The notes: a model not told the origin generated them from the letters alone. A stretch of DNA of 64,000 bases from Savitreella phatthalungensis (GCA_051599415.1 AP039711.1:62001-126000); one strand, 5' to 3'; counted from the first letter of the stretch, positions 22,391 to 34,518 are shown. Translations and numbers: made by a program.

Positions 22391-23107
22391 CTACTCCTCT
22401 CTCCGCCGAGACGTCTCTCTCGTATGTGTGTCGGCGTCGGTGACAACGGCGTCTAAGATATCGCTTCTTCCAGCGAGTGCTGTCGTCAGAAGCTGCCTGA
22501 GCTGGTCATCTCTGTCAATACCGTCTTCTTCTGTCTTTGAGAGGATCTCGGCAATCTGTGCCCTGACCTCGGCCGGCAGTCCATCCATGTTGTCCAACTG
22601 CTCAGCAGAGTAACCGGCCTCCATCTCATACTGCATCGCTGCTCCTTCCGCGTTCCCGCTTACGTCCTGGGGAGTCTCCACGCCTGCATCCCCAGCCTGA
22701 GGTGTCACGCTAGACAGGTAGGCTACCACGTCAGGGAAATCGCCTTCCTCGACCAGATATTCTAGCGCTGTCAAACCTTCCTTGTTCCTGTGTGCTGTAT
22801 CCCCACCAAGTTCCTCCACAATCACTCTGGCCGTCTCCCTGTCCTCGACCACGTACAACGGCGTGTCTCCTTCGAAGTCTTCCAAATTGATATCTCCACC
22901 GTGCTCGCGCACAAGCAGACGCAGCAGCTCCAAGTGACCGTACGATGCGGCAGCGTGGAGGATCGTGTACCCGTTCGCATCGTGTCCGTTCACATAGACG
23001 TCTCCAGAAGACAGCAAGGTGACCACCCGCTCGGCGTCACCGTCAGAAGCGGCGATGAAGATGTTCTGGCCCGGAGCCACGCGAGGTCGTTCAGCGACTG
23101 ACGGCAT
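22391..23107 (-). CDS. Ankyrin-repeat protein (YCR051W-like)
   Basis: NIFIAASDG, D.NGYT.LHAAASYGH.ELL, D.EGDTPLYVVE, N.EGLTA. ATG at 23107. Confidence 0.88.
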   Translation of the reverse strand: MPSVAERPRVAPGQNIFIAASDGDAERVVTLLSSGDVYVNGHDANGYTILHAAASYGHLELLRLLVREHGGDINLEDFEGDTPLYVVEDRETARVIVEELGGDTAHRNKEGLTALEYLVEEGDFPDVVAYLSSVTPQAGDAGVETPQDVSGNAEGAAMQYEMEAGYSAEQLDNMDGLPAEVRAQIAEILSKTEEDGIDRDDQLRQLLTTALAGRSDILDAVVTDADTHTRETSRRREE

Positions 23108-23328
23108 CGTAGAACCCAACTCTCTCTCCTCGTCTCTCTTCACTACTCCCTGGGAGTCTCTCCTGTGTTTCGGTGTGTGTTTGTGTACCTTGGCTGTGAC
23201 AGTGTGTCTGTAAAAATGATGTTATATTTAGCAGCAGCATCAGCAACGATCACATCACACTTCACACAGCTATCGCACAAGCAGGACGTCTATGTCTCTA
23301 GCGTAGCTGCTACTGCACGTCGAGGAGG

Positions 23329-25032
23329 ATGTCGTTGGAACTCCAGGTAGAGCCAGTGGATAACACCGGCGAGCACGCCGAGGTCGGGTCGTCCCTGGGG
23401 AGTGAGTTTGACTTTGATGATCTCTCCGTGTCGTCGTCGGACGGTGATGACGAGGGCGATGACGTTGTACACGCCTCACCGCTAGACATCTCTCCGACTA
23501 CTCTGCGCCGGGTGCTCCAGGAGTTTGAAGACGTCAATCCAGACCTGTCACTACTGGTGCCGCTGAGGACGCTCGGCCATGCGAGAGTATCCGAGCTGTT
23601 GGAAGGGCCACCGTGGCGAGCGCTTCGTGCGCTGGGAGTGAGGTTGCCTGGACGCTACGATCTGAGTGATGCGCAGGAGCGGGCGTACGACGACGGGCTG
23701 TTCGATAGGGATGTGCTGGACATGATGAAGGTGGAGCTGATGGCGCCGTTGCAGCTGTACGCCCGTCTTGCAAGCAACGTCCGCCGTCGTCTCACCCACT
23801 TCTCCTCGCTCGAAGCCCTCGTCGATGCCCTCAAGACTAGCTCGCAGATCCTCGTCATCACGGGTGCAGGAATCTCCACAAGTTTGGGCATCCCAGACTT
23901 CAGATCCGCCGGCGGCATCTACGATCGCCTTGACAAGTACAGTCTGAGCGACCCGCAGGAGATGTTCGATATACGGTTGTTCAGAGAAGACCCTTCCATC
24001 TTCTGCGACTTTGCCAAGGAACTGCTCCCAGAACACAGGGGATACTCGCCCACCCACGCATTCATCAGGCTGCTCCAGGATAAGGGCAAGCTCCTCAGGA
24101 ACTACACGCAAAATATCGACGACATCGAGAGCACGGCAGGCGTGGTCGAGGACAAACTGGTCCAGTGCCACGGCAGCTTCAGGACAGCGACCTGTCTGAA
24201 ATGCGGCTGGCGGTGTGACGGCAAGCTGTTGTTCGGGGATCTAAGAGAAGGCAAGGTACCTCGGTGTCCGAAGTGTCAAGCACGGAGAGACGCCCCATTT
24301 GAGGACCCCCTAAGCACCGCACCATCACAAACCTCCACAACTAACACCAACCGCAATCGGAAACGGAAGCGGTCAGGTGGCGACGATGGTGACGACGACG
24401 ACGACGAGAATGATGACGATGATACAGACCTAGACGTTGGCGTGATGAAGCCTGACATTGTCTTCTTCGGTGAGCAATTGCCGGAAGATTTCAGGTCGGC
24501 TGTCCTTGCTGACGCCAAGACCTGTGACCTCTGCCTATGTGTGGGAACGTCGCTGCGTGTGGCTCCTGTGGCTGACGTCCCGCTAGTGTTACCTGCGGAT
24601 GTGCCACAGGCGCTGATCAACCGTGATCCGCTCCGTCCCGAGCTCGCGTTTGACGTCCAGCTGCTTGGTGCGTCTAGCGATCTCGTGGTCACCGTGCTCG
24701 CCCACCTGGCCGGCTGGGGTGACGCGTTCGAGGCCCTGTGTGCGGCAGGAGATGCAGGCACCTCTCGCCAAAGGTCCCCCGTCACACCCGACCACATCTA
24801 CAGCCTGGAGGCGGCATTCATCCAGGCCAACACAATCGCTCCGCAAACACACCCATACAACCACATCTACGTCCATGAAGGTCAACCCAAGTACCTCCCG
24901 AAACCGCTCGCCCTCAAGTATAAGTTTGGCGGCCCTTCACAACACGACGATCAAGATGAGGAGGAAGAGCTAGAGCTGAAGCACTGGCCGACGGTTGTCG
25001 AGATGGCGATCGCGGCCGGTCGATCAGAGTGA
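23329..25032 (+). CDS. SIR2: NAD-dependent deacetylase, class I sirtuin (Sir2/Hst1)
   Basis: GAGISTSLGIPDFRS, NYTQNID, QCHGSF, CxxC...CxxC Zn site, KPDIVFFGE, GTSL.VAPV. Confidence 0.93.
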   Translation: MSLELQVEPVDNTGEHAEVGSSLGSEFDFDDLSVSSSDGDDEGDDVVHASPLDISPTTLRRVLQEFEDVNPDLSLLVPLRTLGHARVSELLEGPPWRALRALGVRLPGRYDLSDAQERAYDDGLFDRDVLDMMKVELMAPLQLYARLASNVRRRLTHFSSLEALVDALKTSSQILVITGAGISTSLGIPDFRSAGGIYDRLDKYSLSDPQEMFDIRLFREDPSIFCDFAKELLPEHRGYSPTHAFIRLLQDKGKLLRNYTQNIDDIESTAGVVEDKLVQCHGSFRTATCLKCGWRCDGKLLFGDLREGKVPRCPKCQARRDAPFEDPLSTAPSQTSTTNTNRNRKRKRSGGDDGDDDDDENDDDDTDLDVGVMKPDIVFFGEQLPEDFRSAVLADAKTCDLCLCVGTSLRVAPVADVPLVLPADVPQALINRDPLRPELAFDVQLLGASSDLVVTVLAHLAGWGDAFEALCAAGDAGTSRQRSPVTPDHIYSLEAAFIQANTIAPQTHPYNHIYVHEGQPKYLPKPLALKYKFGGPSQHDDQDEEEELELKHWPTVVEMAIAAGRSE

Positions 25033-25672
25033 TTTGTCTGTCTACTCATGTAGCCGGGAGATTTGAGAGGGTCACCTGTATGTATTGACGTCGCCCTCCC
25101 ACCCAATCCCCCAGCATGTCGATCTGCCTGTAGTCTCCACTTACGGCCTCCTTTGCGCTACGGGAGAGATGAGCATTTGCAGGAGGTGCTTTTATGTGGC
25201 AGGGTGCTTTTTTTGCGTTGTTCAAAAGATTTCTCTCTCCCTCGTGTCTATCCTTTTCTGCCTCCCGCCCACAGCACCCTCCTGCCATGCCATGCCATGC
25301 CGTGCTGGCCGTCGGTGGTTGTCCATCGGTCGTTGACAGGGTGTCTGTGTGTTGGTGCGAGCGTGTGTGTGCGTGCCTGGCAGGGCGGGTGGATTCGACG
25401 GGGAAAGTTGACAGTTTCCTCGAAGAAGATTCACGTGCTTGAGGTGAACAAGATCACGTGAATAAGCATCCCGTTCGAGCACATTTCTCCACAAACACTA
25501 CATCACATCTTCATCGTACAGACGTCACCCTCTCACAGCACTTCTCTGCTCAACACGACTACAACTCTACGACTAAAGGGCGTGCTCTTCCGTAAGTCAC
25601 CGCTGTCGTCATCTTCAATCGGCCCACGCTCATCCTGTACCAACGTGCCTGCTTGGCCCACGCGGTGTGAGA

Positions 25673-26968
25673 ATGAGCACGGTACCGTGTGGGCAAGTGC
25701 GTGAGGTGGATACGTTGAATTTGGTGCTATCGATTGGGATCACGCTAGGTCTTGTGGGTTCATATGTGCCTCAGCACTTGCTGATCGTGCGCCGGGGCAC
25801 TAGCGATGGGATTTCTCCAGTGTTTCTGCTGCTCGGGGTGACGTCGTGCACGAACTCGCTGATCAACATGGTGGTGCTGCAGTGGGAGGTTTTGGGATGC
25901 TGTGGGCGGGTATCTGCTGGTGCCTGCGCTGCCAATAGTCTGGGCGTGGTCCAGATGGGGTTGCAGTGGGTGATGTTTGCGGTGACGCTCGTGCTGTTCC
26001 TCGTGTACTTCCCGAGGCCCGCGACATTTGCTCGGGTCTCGTTCAACACGGACGTCCCTACGCCGGGGCGAATTCCTCGCCACGCGACGCGCGCATGGCA
26101 GGTCTCTGTCGCCGTCACCGCAGCGTGTATCGTGCACCTGGTCGTCTTTGCGGCTGTGTCGCTGTCGTTTTTGAGAGAGCGAGCGACGCGCGGGGATGCG
26201 GTGACGTGGGCGAATTGGGTGGGATTTGCTGGTGCGGTGCTGGCAGCTGCACAGTATGTGCCGCAGGTTGTTTGGACGCTGAGACGGCGGCGGACGGGGT
26301 CGCTGTCGGTGGCGACGCTGGCCGTCCAGGCGCCTGGGAGTTTCATCCTCGCGTACTCGATCGCTCGCAGGCCAGGTGTTGCACCGTCCTCGTACACGCT
26401 CTTCCTCGTCGGCGGAATCCTCCAGACACTCCTCCTCGTCATCTGCATCGGCCTCGACGCAGACAACAAGGTTCAGCAATCCGTCCTCCAGGCACACGCG
26501 ACACAGGACGACCACCTCCTCCCTCAACCTGACGTCCCGGACGATATTCCAACAATACCCATCACAGATACACACTGCCAGGACCACGCGGATCCACGTG
26601 CACATCCGTCGGAGTCGCTCGTCGGTGGGTTTGCCGCTGTGGTGCGTGGTTTGGGGGCTAGGTTGTCTGGCGGTGGGAGGGATGGTGATGGGATGGCTGT
26701 GTCGAAGGCTCGCGAGCGGTACGGTGCGTGGGTGCGCGAGCGTAGGAAGTCGATGGACGAAGACGAGCGTACTCGACTTTTGACCCAAAGAACTTCAGGT
26801 CGATCACCATCGCCTTCACCAAGCACCTCCTCACAACCACAACATCACCAACATCACCACCATGAGAGAGATCTAGAAGACGTCGTCACAAGGCACGGGC
26901 CTAGAGTAGATGAACCCCAACTGACCACAGACCCAGGACGTATCGAGCTGATTGAGAATGACAGGTAG
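25673..26968 (+). CDS. PQ-loop repeat membrane protein
   Basis: SYVPQH..I..RGTS.GIS and QYVPQV..T......GSLS PQ-loops, about 7 hydrophobic segments. ATG at 25673. Confidence 0.87.
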   Translation: MSTVPCGQVREVDTLNLVLSIGITLGLVGSYVPQHLLIVRRGTSDGISPVFLLLGVTSCTNSLINMVVLQWEVLGCCGRVSAGACAANSLGVVQMGLQWVMFAVTLVLFLVYFPRPATFARVSFNTDVPTPGRIPRHATRAWQVSVAVTAACIVHLVVFAAVSLSFLRERATRGDAVTWANWVGFAGAVLAAAQYVPQVVWTLRRRRTGSLSVATLAVQAPGSFILAYSIARRPGVAPSSYTLFLVGGILQTLLLVICIGLDADNKVQQSVLQAHATQDDHLLPQPDVPDDIPTIPITDTHCQDHADPRAHPSESLVGGFAAVVRGLGARLSGGGRDGDGMAVSKARERYGAWVRERRKSMDEDERTRLLTQRTSGRSPSPSPSTSSQPQHHQHHHHERDLEDVVTRHGPRVDEPQLTTDPGRIELIENDR

Positions 26969-28668
26969 GTAAGATGCAGTAAAGTAAGTATAACGAATGA
27001 TTTTCTTAAGCTTACTCTGTCGTTGGGATCACGGTCTAGTGGACTTGACTTTTCGAGTCGAGAGGTCAAAGAAGAGGAGTGTGAAGGTGAGGTTTGAGGA
27101 GAAGGAGTGAGGTTTCCACCACGGATCCTGAGAATAGTCTGAATTGAGTTGTCCCACCAAGTGGAGGATGCCGCACATTGCACTACAGCCAGTCATCCCG
27201 GCGACTGCCTTCCAAGCTCCACCCACCCGGAAGAGTGAGTGGAAGCGTACTTTCTGATACAGTCGCAGACGCACCTTCTTTCAAAGTCTTTTAGCGCCTG
27301 GCTCATCTCGAGCGACTTTTGAAAAAAAAAACGGGAGTGTTACTCAGACCTTAACCCCCTCGCGCGCTCGTGTATCGCAGGTCTAGATTGACCTCGATCG
27401 TTTGGAAGCGAGGAAGTGCGGCGTTCAGGGTGGTGGAAGCTTCAATGGTTTTGATTCACTTTCCTTTGAGCTCACTTGGACTTTCGAGCTCCTCTTCTTT
27501 GGTCGTCTGGACAAGGTATCATCCGTCAATAGGGTAGCATACACACATGAAGGGAAGTGGAGAGATTGACGCTGTGCACCCGCTCGGTCTAACGTATGTA
27601 GCGTCATGCTCGAAAAATCCCCTATTCCTGAAAGAAATGGAGGGAAATGAGCGATTCCGACAGTGTGAATACAAGTAAACGATGACTCGTCATTGCGGGA
27701 GTCCTGATGGAGTGCTCGACAGTGGATGCATGCATGGGAGGAAAAGAGAAGGTGAGAGAAGAGGAGAGAGGAGAGATTGGTAGAGAGCGTGACAAATGCG
27801 TCCTGTCTTTAGATTGTCGCAGGGTCGAGTGGTTTCCCGCTCAGGCAGAAATCTCCAGATTAGTAGAAACAGAAGTCCTCACGATGGGTTAGGAGGGTGA
27901 ATACAGAACTTGAAGTGTCATCCGCGCGGGAATAGAAGTGGAAGTGTCACTGGACATGGACGCTTTTAGCAAGTCTCTGCCAATCTCTCGTCTCTTCTCA
28001 TCTTCCCAATGATAGGTCGATCTGGAATCGTCAGTGAAAGAGTCACCTACACATACACAAAGGTTGGCGCAAGCACAGAGAAAGATCACCGGTCAGCGTC
28101 TTGGAACAATCCACAACGCCGTCCTCCCCGGATAGCAGGTTTTGTACATTGTGGTTGCCACCGTTTGGGATAGGAGGAAACAGCATGTCAGTTCGCCCGT
28201 TCGCATGTGTCGTCCTCCCGGCTTATTTCTCGTGCGTATTTTTTGGTGAGGGAAGTGCGGATGAGGACAGGATCAAACTCGTTCTTTGCATTGCGCATGG
28301 CTGAGAGGCAAATGGATGGTCTCAGAAGTGCTGGCGATGCGAAGACCAGAGAGTGAGCCGTTTCCTCATCCGATGGCGACCGACGACGGTGACGAGATCA
28401 GACAAGGCTGAAACTTAGGTTGCTAAAGGTCGACATGGAGCTTCGGTCAAATGTCAATGCAAAGTACTGCGCTGTCATCACATCGCGTCTTGTCGTGTCG
28501 TGTCGAGTAGAGCCCTTCGTGGTAGTGGGTGAGAGGAAAGCTAGAGCAAATCATCTTGATCTTGTACGAGGTCGCAGGTGTCGTTTCAGCTCAATCCTGG
28601 ACTCACGTGGTTGCAGACTTGGAGTAGAACGATGCCTGGACGATGGACATGATCTGTGATGATTTGCG

Positions 28669-28702
28669 CGGTTGCAAATCCCTCTCGGTTGCAAATCCCT
28701 CT
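28669..28702. repeat. Perfect 17-bp tandem duplication CGGTTGCAAATCCCTCT x2
   Basis: Read directly at 28669-28685 and 28686-28702. Confidence 0.9.
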
Positions 28703-29968
28703 CTCTTTTGCAGGGGTGGAAAGGCGGGTCGGAACGCGGTTGATGCGATTTTGCAAGAGTTGCACCGCTAGTTGGATTGTTCATGTATTGTAGACGTTTT
28801 GTTCGTCACTCCCGCACATTGTATCTTGTTCGATCGGCGTCTACCAGTCTCTGTCGGCCGGAATCATGACCGCCTTCGCTTCAGGCTCCAAGGAAAAAGG
28901 GGTGGAACGGTGGTGATCCTAAGACCCACAGACAGAGGACTGACCGCAGAGGACCCGCTCGCTGAGCTACTCATGATGTTCATGGCACAGAAGCAGCTTC
29001 AAGCTATCTGTCTCGAAGTGTAGAAATGCGGTCACCAGATGACAGGCGTGCTGTCGTTGTATGTGACCATAGATCAGACGATCCTCTCGGTGGATCAGAC
29101 ATTCCTCTGTGCCTAGAGGATACTGACGTCTGGATGCATCCTCGAGTCACGTGTACGTAGACGCCAATTCTGTGCACGTGTTTTAGAGCCTGATCAAATT
29201 CTCACGCGGCTTTGGAGCTGGATCGACGGGGGGAAAGCACACGTGATGGGACGTCACTCTGGTTCGACCTGAGATCCTGATCCTGATGATGATGATGATG
29301 GGGAAACAGAGAGTGATAAGATCGTCAGTTTCCGTCGCAAAGTCTGATACCCGCGCAAAAGGTCAATGTTGATTCTGGCCAGTGATTGTCTGATAAAGCG
29401 AGATTGTTTTTGCTATATCTGTTGACTGGCAAGGGTTGTGCGGTTGAGGAAGCACGATTTATTAGCGACTCTATCTGTGAGTGTCTGAGCGCGTAATTGT
29501 GTATATGTACCTGATGCGCAGGTGATGGAGTGAGAGTTAACGATGATGATGATGATGATGTTGTTGTTTGATGAGTGAGTGGTTGAGTGAGTGGTTGAGT
29601 GATGTGGGTCAACGGCTGTGATGGAGGTGACGAGGATATAGGTTGATAGGGTGATGTTGTTCAGGCTTTCCGCTGATTATTGATCTGAGAGCCACCAGTT
29701 TGAAATCAATTGTGTTTCATCTTTGTTTTTTCCCTTTAGACCCTTTCGACTCTGTAGAACTAGTCTAACTTTACATGAATTTCAGAATAATTTAGTGCAT
29801 ATATATATCTGTGGTAGTTTGATGTTCGCGGCTTACAATTCACATCAGATCTCGATCGAGTCCTTGAGAGCTGAGTATTGCTATAGTATTGGCTTTCAGG
29901 TTCAATTCTGAGATCAACCAAGCCTGCTCCTGAGAAGGGTGTTCCAGGTGGAGTTCTAGGCTAGTGTC

Positions 29969-30046
29969 TCTTCGTCTTCATCATCCTCCTCCTCATCATC
30001 ATCATTATCATCATCCTCCTCATCATCAACATCATCATCATCATCA
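29969..30046. repeat. Degenerate (TCA/TCC)n trinucleotide repeat
   Basis: tcatcatcctcctcctcatcatcatcattatcatcatcc... Confidence 0.85.
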
Positions 30047-30822
30047 ACGCTGACAATCACTTCAAGCTGCTCTGTATCAACTCTCCTTTCGCCCCTTCGA
30101 CATCCTCACTCATCTGATCTCATCTCACATCCTATCACAAAACATCACCACACCGTATAGAGACACATCACCTGCATTACTTATGCTCTTGCTCTGAACT
30201 GTCTAGGGTCGACAGAGAGACCTTTGATCAACCACTGCGTCTAGACGTAGCCTCTGGGGCAAGTTAAACCAAGTCAAAGCGCTGTCATCCGTGAGCAGTA
30301 TACCAGGTCGCTGTCAAGAACATCCTACAGCAGCTTCCTTAAGATCATCTTGCCGTGCAGTCCGGTAGTGACGCTCAGGAGTCAAAGTCAATAGACCTCT
30401 TTTGACTCCAGTCGCTCCACCGCACTCTTCATCAAAGTCACTCTCAGATTCGCAATCGCAGTCGCGGTCGCGGTTGCAGTCGCAGTCACTCTGGAACAAA
30501 CACTCCAGTTCATCTTTTATCTAAGTCAGGGAGCCACTCATCATATCGTCCCTGTCGCTACGAGATCCGAGGTCATCGATCTCATCACATTTAATTCGAC
30601 CTACTTTTCCCATCGCATCGCATCCCATCGCATCTCATCTGCTCACATCCAACTCATCAGCCTGATCGCACCATCTCAGACATCATCCACACCAGATCCA
30701 CACCAGGTCTCAACCAGGTCTCACGCTCACCCTCCTCTTTTGTCATTATTTTCTTGACCGACAACGTCACACTCATCTTATCTTCACCTTGTCATATACC
30801 TTCTTAAAGATCCTGCGATCGC

Positions 30823-33800
30823 ATGTCCCTGTCGAGCTTTGTCCTCTGGCGAGAGCCTTCAGACGGCCACAGACCACAGGTATGCCGCTTCTTCAGCAGA
30901 CCTCATGCAGATCGGATCGTCGTCAAGACACCTGAAAGCTCTCCATTTGCTGATGCGCAAGATGGATCGGTAGCTCAGACCGCTCTTGGTATCGGCACCA
31001 GTACGACCACCAGAGATAGCCCTCCAGGTCTAAAGGTTGCTCGCAATAAGCGACGCCATCCATTTGAACACGAAGATCAAGCTGAAGATCCTTTATTATC
31101 AGGTCCAGCAACTGCTCGACCACCGAAACGCTTCCGTGTCACCCTTCAAACGGCCTGTGCACCCTTTGCACCAAGCTCGCAGCAGCCCAACAATCCGTCC
31201 AAACAAGACTCTGAGCATGGCGCTGCAGGTCCCTTAGTTGATGATCCTGCAGCAGCAACCCATTCGCCCTATGGCACCCGTCGCCAGGCTAAACCGAGTG
31301 AGAAAGCCAAGGAGAATCGCAAGCAGCGCGCCCTCCTTGAGCTCCACCCGACACCTGTGAAAACGTTATGGAAAATCAAGCCCGTAAGGCGACGTGATGA
31401 CGACTCTCGCTCAATCGGCGAAACGCTCAGAAGGGGCTACTGGCGAAGGGACCTCTCTGACGCCGTCACCCAAACAGCAGACTCTTCAGATGAAGCTAGA
31501 GGCGAGACTGCACCCCACGTCCTTCAAAAGACAAAGGAGATCGCTTCAGGAACAGACCGTGAGCGCGCACGCGAGCTCGAGCGCCTGCAGCCGTCGATCG
31601 CACCGCAAGCAACACAGCCTTCTGCTAGACCTGCAAGCGTCGAATGTGCCGTCCAAACATCTCCATCCAATGCCGCTCATGCCGCCGTCCAGACATCACC
31701 ACAAGCGCACGTGAATGACCCGGAAGATAGACGACATGCCAAAGACTCGACTGAGGACTTTTCTATGAGAAATGCAAGCTTTGCACCAGATCTGTCATTC
31801 GACAACGGGCAGGATGCGCTCATCACAGACTATGACCTTGACCGAGTGACGAAAGAGACGCCAGAGTCGAAGGGGACGCCGACAACCCCAAGCTCATCAC
31901 GTCGCTCGAAGCGAAAGTCAACGCGCACCTACAAAGCTGAGACTCTGGCGGCGTCGACCAGAGGACCTGGACATTCCGTCGGCGGCGGCGGCGGCGGCGA
32001 ACCAGAGGTGCGGATCACTGAGCCAACCGCACTATCGTCCGTCGAAGTTGAAGCGGAAGCGAATGCGAATGCTGACGCCAATGTCGATCACGATGTCGCA
32101 CCTTCGTCTAACGCCGCCGAGACTCCCGGACCAGAGATCGTCGTACTGCGCACTGGAAAACAAGCACAATCAAAAGATGTGGGCACCGAACACACTCCAG
32201 GTGTGAGCACTGCAGGCACTCCAGCGGTGAGCACCCCATCTCCGAGGATCCGTGCAGTCTCAAAAATCCAGCGAAATTTGCCAGACGAGATGCGCGGTCT
32301 GACTGCTGGCGCGCGACGTAAATGGAGAACCGGTCCGATGGTCGAGGTCACTGTCGACCGACGCCACAACAGCCTCAAGTTCCTCCAAACCAAACGCACC
32401 CTCAGGCAGTGGCGTCGTCTGCGGGACAACTATGCACGTCACATTGTCGGCTCCAGCAAGGACGTGGTTGACATCGATGTCGACGTCGATGTCGAGGATG
32501 CCGAAGACGACGTCGTCACTCCTCCAGTCGCCCAGCACGTCCCAGTCATCCCGCCCAGGTCGCCCTCCCCAGTGTCGGAATACGAGACCGAGCGCATCGT
32601 CACGCTCAAGATGCCCAGACTCTACCGGCGCGCGCTGAAGGACAAGAAGCGGCGCGAGCAGGCTCGGGAGCAAGCTGCTAGAGAGGAAGCCTTCGGGCCA
32701 GCAGAGCAGCCTGCTGCAGACGACGCGGCGAACGATGGCGACATCAGCGACGGCGACCCTGATCTCGAGCTCGCAGATCGTCTGCTGGCCGCAGCTGTCT
32801 CACGCGAAGCTGAGTTCCGCGAAGGCGAAGATGGAGCATCGGAGTACTCTGCCGTCTCGTCTGCTCGCGATCGAGACAGTGCTGCCGAGGATGCGCCACG
32901 GGGCAGTGCGCCCTCGTCGGTGAAGCGGACGTCACGCAAGCCAGTCTTGAACGAGTTGATCGAAGCAAAGCGGAACGAATCCGCCAGGGCAAGGAGATCT
33001 CGCCAGCGCTCCGTACGCACAGATCGTCGTGACACGGCTGAACAGCGTCGTGAGCGCCGTCGTCGACGACATGATGCTGATCTAGCTCAGTCAGGATCGT
33101 CTGGAGCAAATCAGCCTGCTGCCAACCTTGACGACGATCTCTCACCGCCGAGCAAATCCCGACACGGCCTCCTGAACAAGCACCGCCGCCAAGAAGAGCA
33201 GCGAGAACTTGATGACGATCTGCGACTGTTACGGGAAGCGTGGGCTGTGAAGAAGGCGGAGATCGAGCGTGCGGAAGATACAGAGTCTGAGGATCTGGAC
33301 GAATCTGAAGACCTAGACTCGTCGTCCGATGATGAAGGCGGCAGCATTAATTCCAGAGTAGCATCACCTCCTGCCACACGACCGCCCCCAGAAGCACTCG
33401 CCAACGTCAAAGCAATCGTCGAGCGCGAGAGAGTGGCGACGCTCGCAGAGCAAGCACGTGCGGCTATCGCTGCCGAGGCGTCTCGACCTCAGCCAGAAAA
33501 AGTCTCCGTCATTCCACTCGCCTCCAGGACGACCAGTCTCGAAGACATTCCTACAGATCCCTCCGAGATCCTCGTCGCTGAGACCCCAGCATTCGACTGC
33601 GATACAACCGTATCGAGCGATCGTCCTGATATCCAACCACGGCGGGAGGAAATCGTTCGCAGTGAAGAGAATGCGACGGCAACTGCACCAGCATCTGAAC
33701 CCGCACCAGCACCAGCGTCAGCACAAGTGATAAAGCCATCGCAGGCACCAGCACCAGTAGTAACACCATCGCAGGCGCCAGCACCAGTAGCACAGCCGCC

Positions 33801-34518
33801 GACAAAACCATTACCGCTCGTCCTACAAGCTGAGCCAAAGGTCAAAACGACAACTCCTCGTCCAGAAATAGCCGCTCTTGTTCCCGCGGCCCTTAGTCAT
33901 GAGAAGACCGACCAGGCAAGATCGTTCCGGCGGATCTACCCTGCGCCTGTACGGCAGCCAGAGCAGGTACCGCCACCTGATCTATTCGCCTATGTGCTGC
34001 CGCCGACGTCAGCCGCTCCGCCGTCACAGAATCTGACGCCCTTGCCTCCAGCAGTCAGGCATCCTCTGCCTGCTTCAACCGCCACCCCGTTGCAGGTGTC
34101 GGGCATCCCGTCTTCGCACAAAGGAGTATCATCCGCATTCGCACTCCCATCCCCAAGTCCAGCTCTCGTCTCAAGTCCGCAACAACCGCATCTGCAACCA
34201 CAACCACAACCCAAGCCAGCGTCGCAACCTGCGCGGATGACGACTGCCGAGCGTATTGAACTAGCTCGTCAGAACATGCTGCTTCGGCAAGCGCAACTGG
34301 CTGCTGCTAACTCCTCGATCCCAAACGCTGGTGTGGAAGCAACTACCATCCACCCGAGACCGACTGCGCAACCCGTCCCGACACCTCCACCGGCAAGGAA
34401 ACAGGGACTCAAACCACATCGACTCGGAGGAATCCCACGCAAGCTCTCAAGCTCAGTCGTCCCAGCAAAAACCAATCCAACGTCAAACCCAGCGACTGAT
34501 CGGCAGGACGCCATCTGA
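30823..34518 (+). CDS. Large low-complexity, mostly disordered orphan protein (1231 aa)
   Basis: 3.7-kb uninterrupted ORF with P/A/S/R/E-rich composition, basic NLS-like clusters and charged helices. No family recognised. Possible GTATGC donor at 30880, so the 5' structure is uncertain. Confidence 0.75.
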   Translation: MSLSSFVLWREPSDGHRPQVCRFFSRPHADRIVVKTPESSPFADAQDGSVAQTALGIGTSTTTRDSPPGLKVARNKRRHPFEHEDQAEDPLLSGPATARPPKRFRVTLQTACAPFAPSSQQPNNPSKQDSEHGAAGPLVDDPAAATHSPYGTRRQAKPSEKAKENRKQRALLELHPTPVKTLWKIKPVRRRDDDSRSIGETLRRGYWRRDLSDAVTQTADSSDEARGETAPHVLQKTKEIASGTDRERARELERLQPSIAPQATQPSARPASVECAVQTSPSNAAHAAVQTSPQAHVNDPEDRRHAKDSTEDFSMRNASFAPDLSFDNGQDALITDYDLDRVTKETPESKGTPTTPSSSRRSKRKSTRTYKAETLAASTRGPGHSVGGGGGGEPEVRITEPTALSSVEVEAEANANADANVDHDVAPSSNAAETPGPEIVVLRTGKQAQSKDVGTEHTPGVSTAGTPAVSTPSPRIRAVSKIQRNLPDEMRGLTAGARRKWRTGPMVEVTVDRRHNSLKFLQTKRTLRQWRRLRDNYARHIVGSSKDVVDIDVDVDVEDAEDDVVTPPVAQHVPVIPPRSPSPVSEYETERIVTLKMPRLYRRALKDKKRREQAREQAAREEAFGPAEQPAADDAANDGDISDGDPDLELADRLLAAAVSREAEFREGEDGASEYSAVSSARDRDSAAEDAPRGSAPSSVKRTSRKPVLNELIEAKRNESARARRSRQRSVRTDRRDTAEQRRERRRRRHDADLAQSGSSGANQPAANLDDDLSPPSKSRHGLLNKHRRQEEQRELDDDLRLLREAWAVKKAEIERAEDTESEDLDESEDLDSSSDDEGGSINSRVASPPATRPPPEALANVKAIVERERVATLAEQARAAIAAEASRPQPEKVSVIPLASRTTSLEDIPTDPSEILVAETPAFDCDTTVSSDRPDIQPRREEIVRSEENATATAPASEPAPAPASAQVIKPSQAPAPVVTPSQAPAPVAQPPTKPLPLVLQAEPKVKTTTPRPEIAALVPAALSHEKTDQARSFRRIYPAPVRQPEQVPPPDLFAYVLPPTSAAPPSQNLTPLPPAVRHPLPASTATPLQVSGIPSSHKGVSSAFALPSPSPALVSSPQQPHLQPQPQPKPASQPARMTTAERIELARQNMLLRQAQLAAANSSIPNAGVEATTIHPRPTAQPVPTPPPARKQGLKPHRLGGIPRKLSSSVVPAKTNPTSNPATDRQDAI

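Noticed and set aside
27300..27660. Pol III-type ncRNA (SRP, RNase MRP, telomerase RNA) suggested by the A10 tract, TTAACCC and GAAAAATCCCC
   Set aside because: Partner motifs (P4 3' strand, SRP Alu start, full telomere template) were not found.
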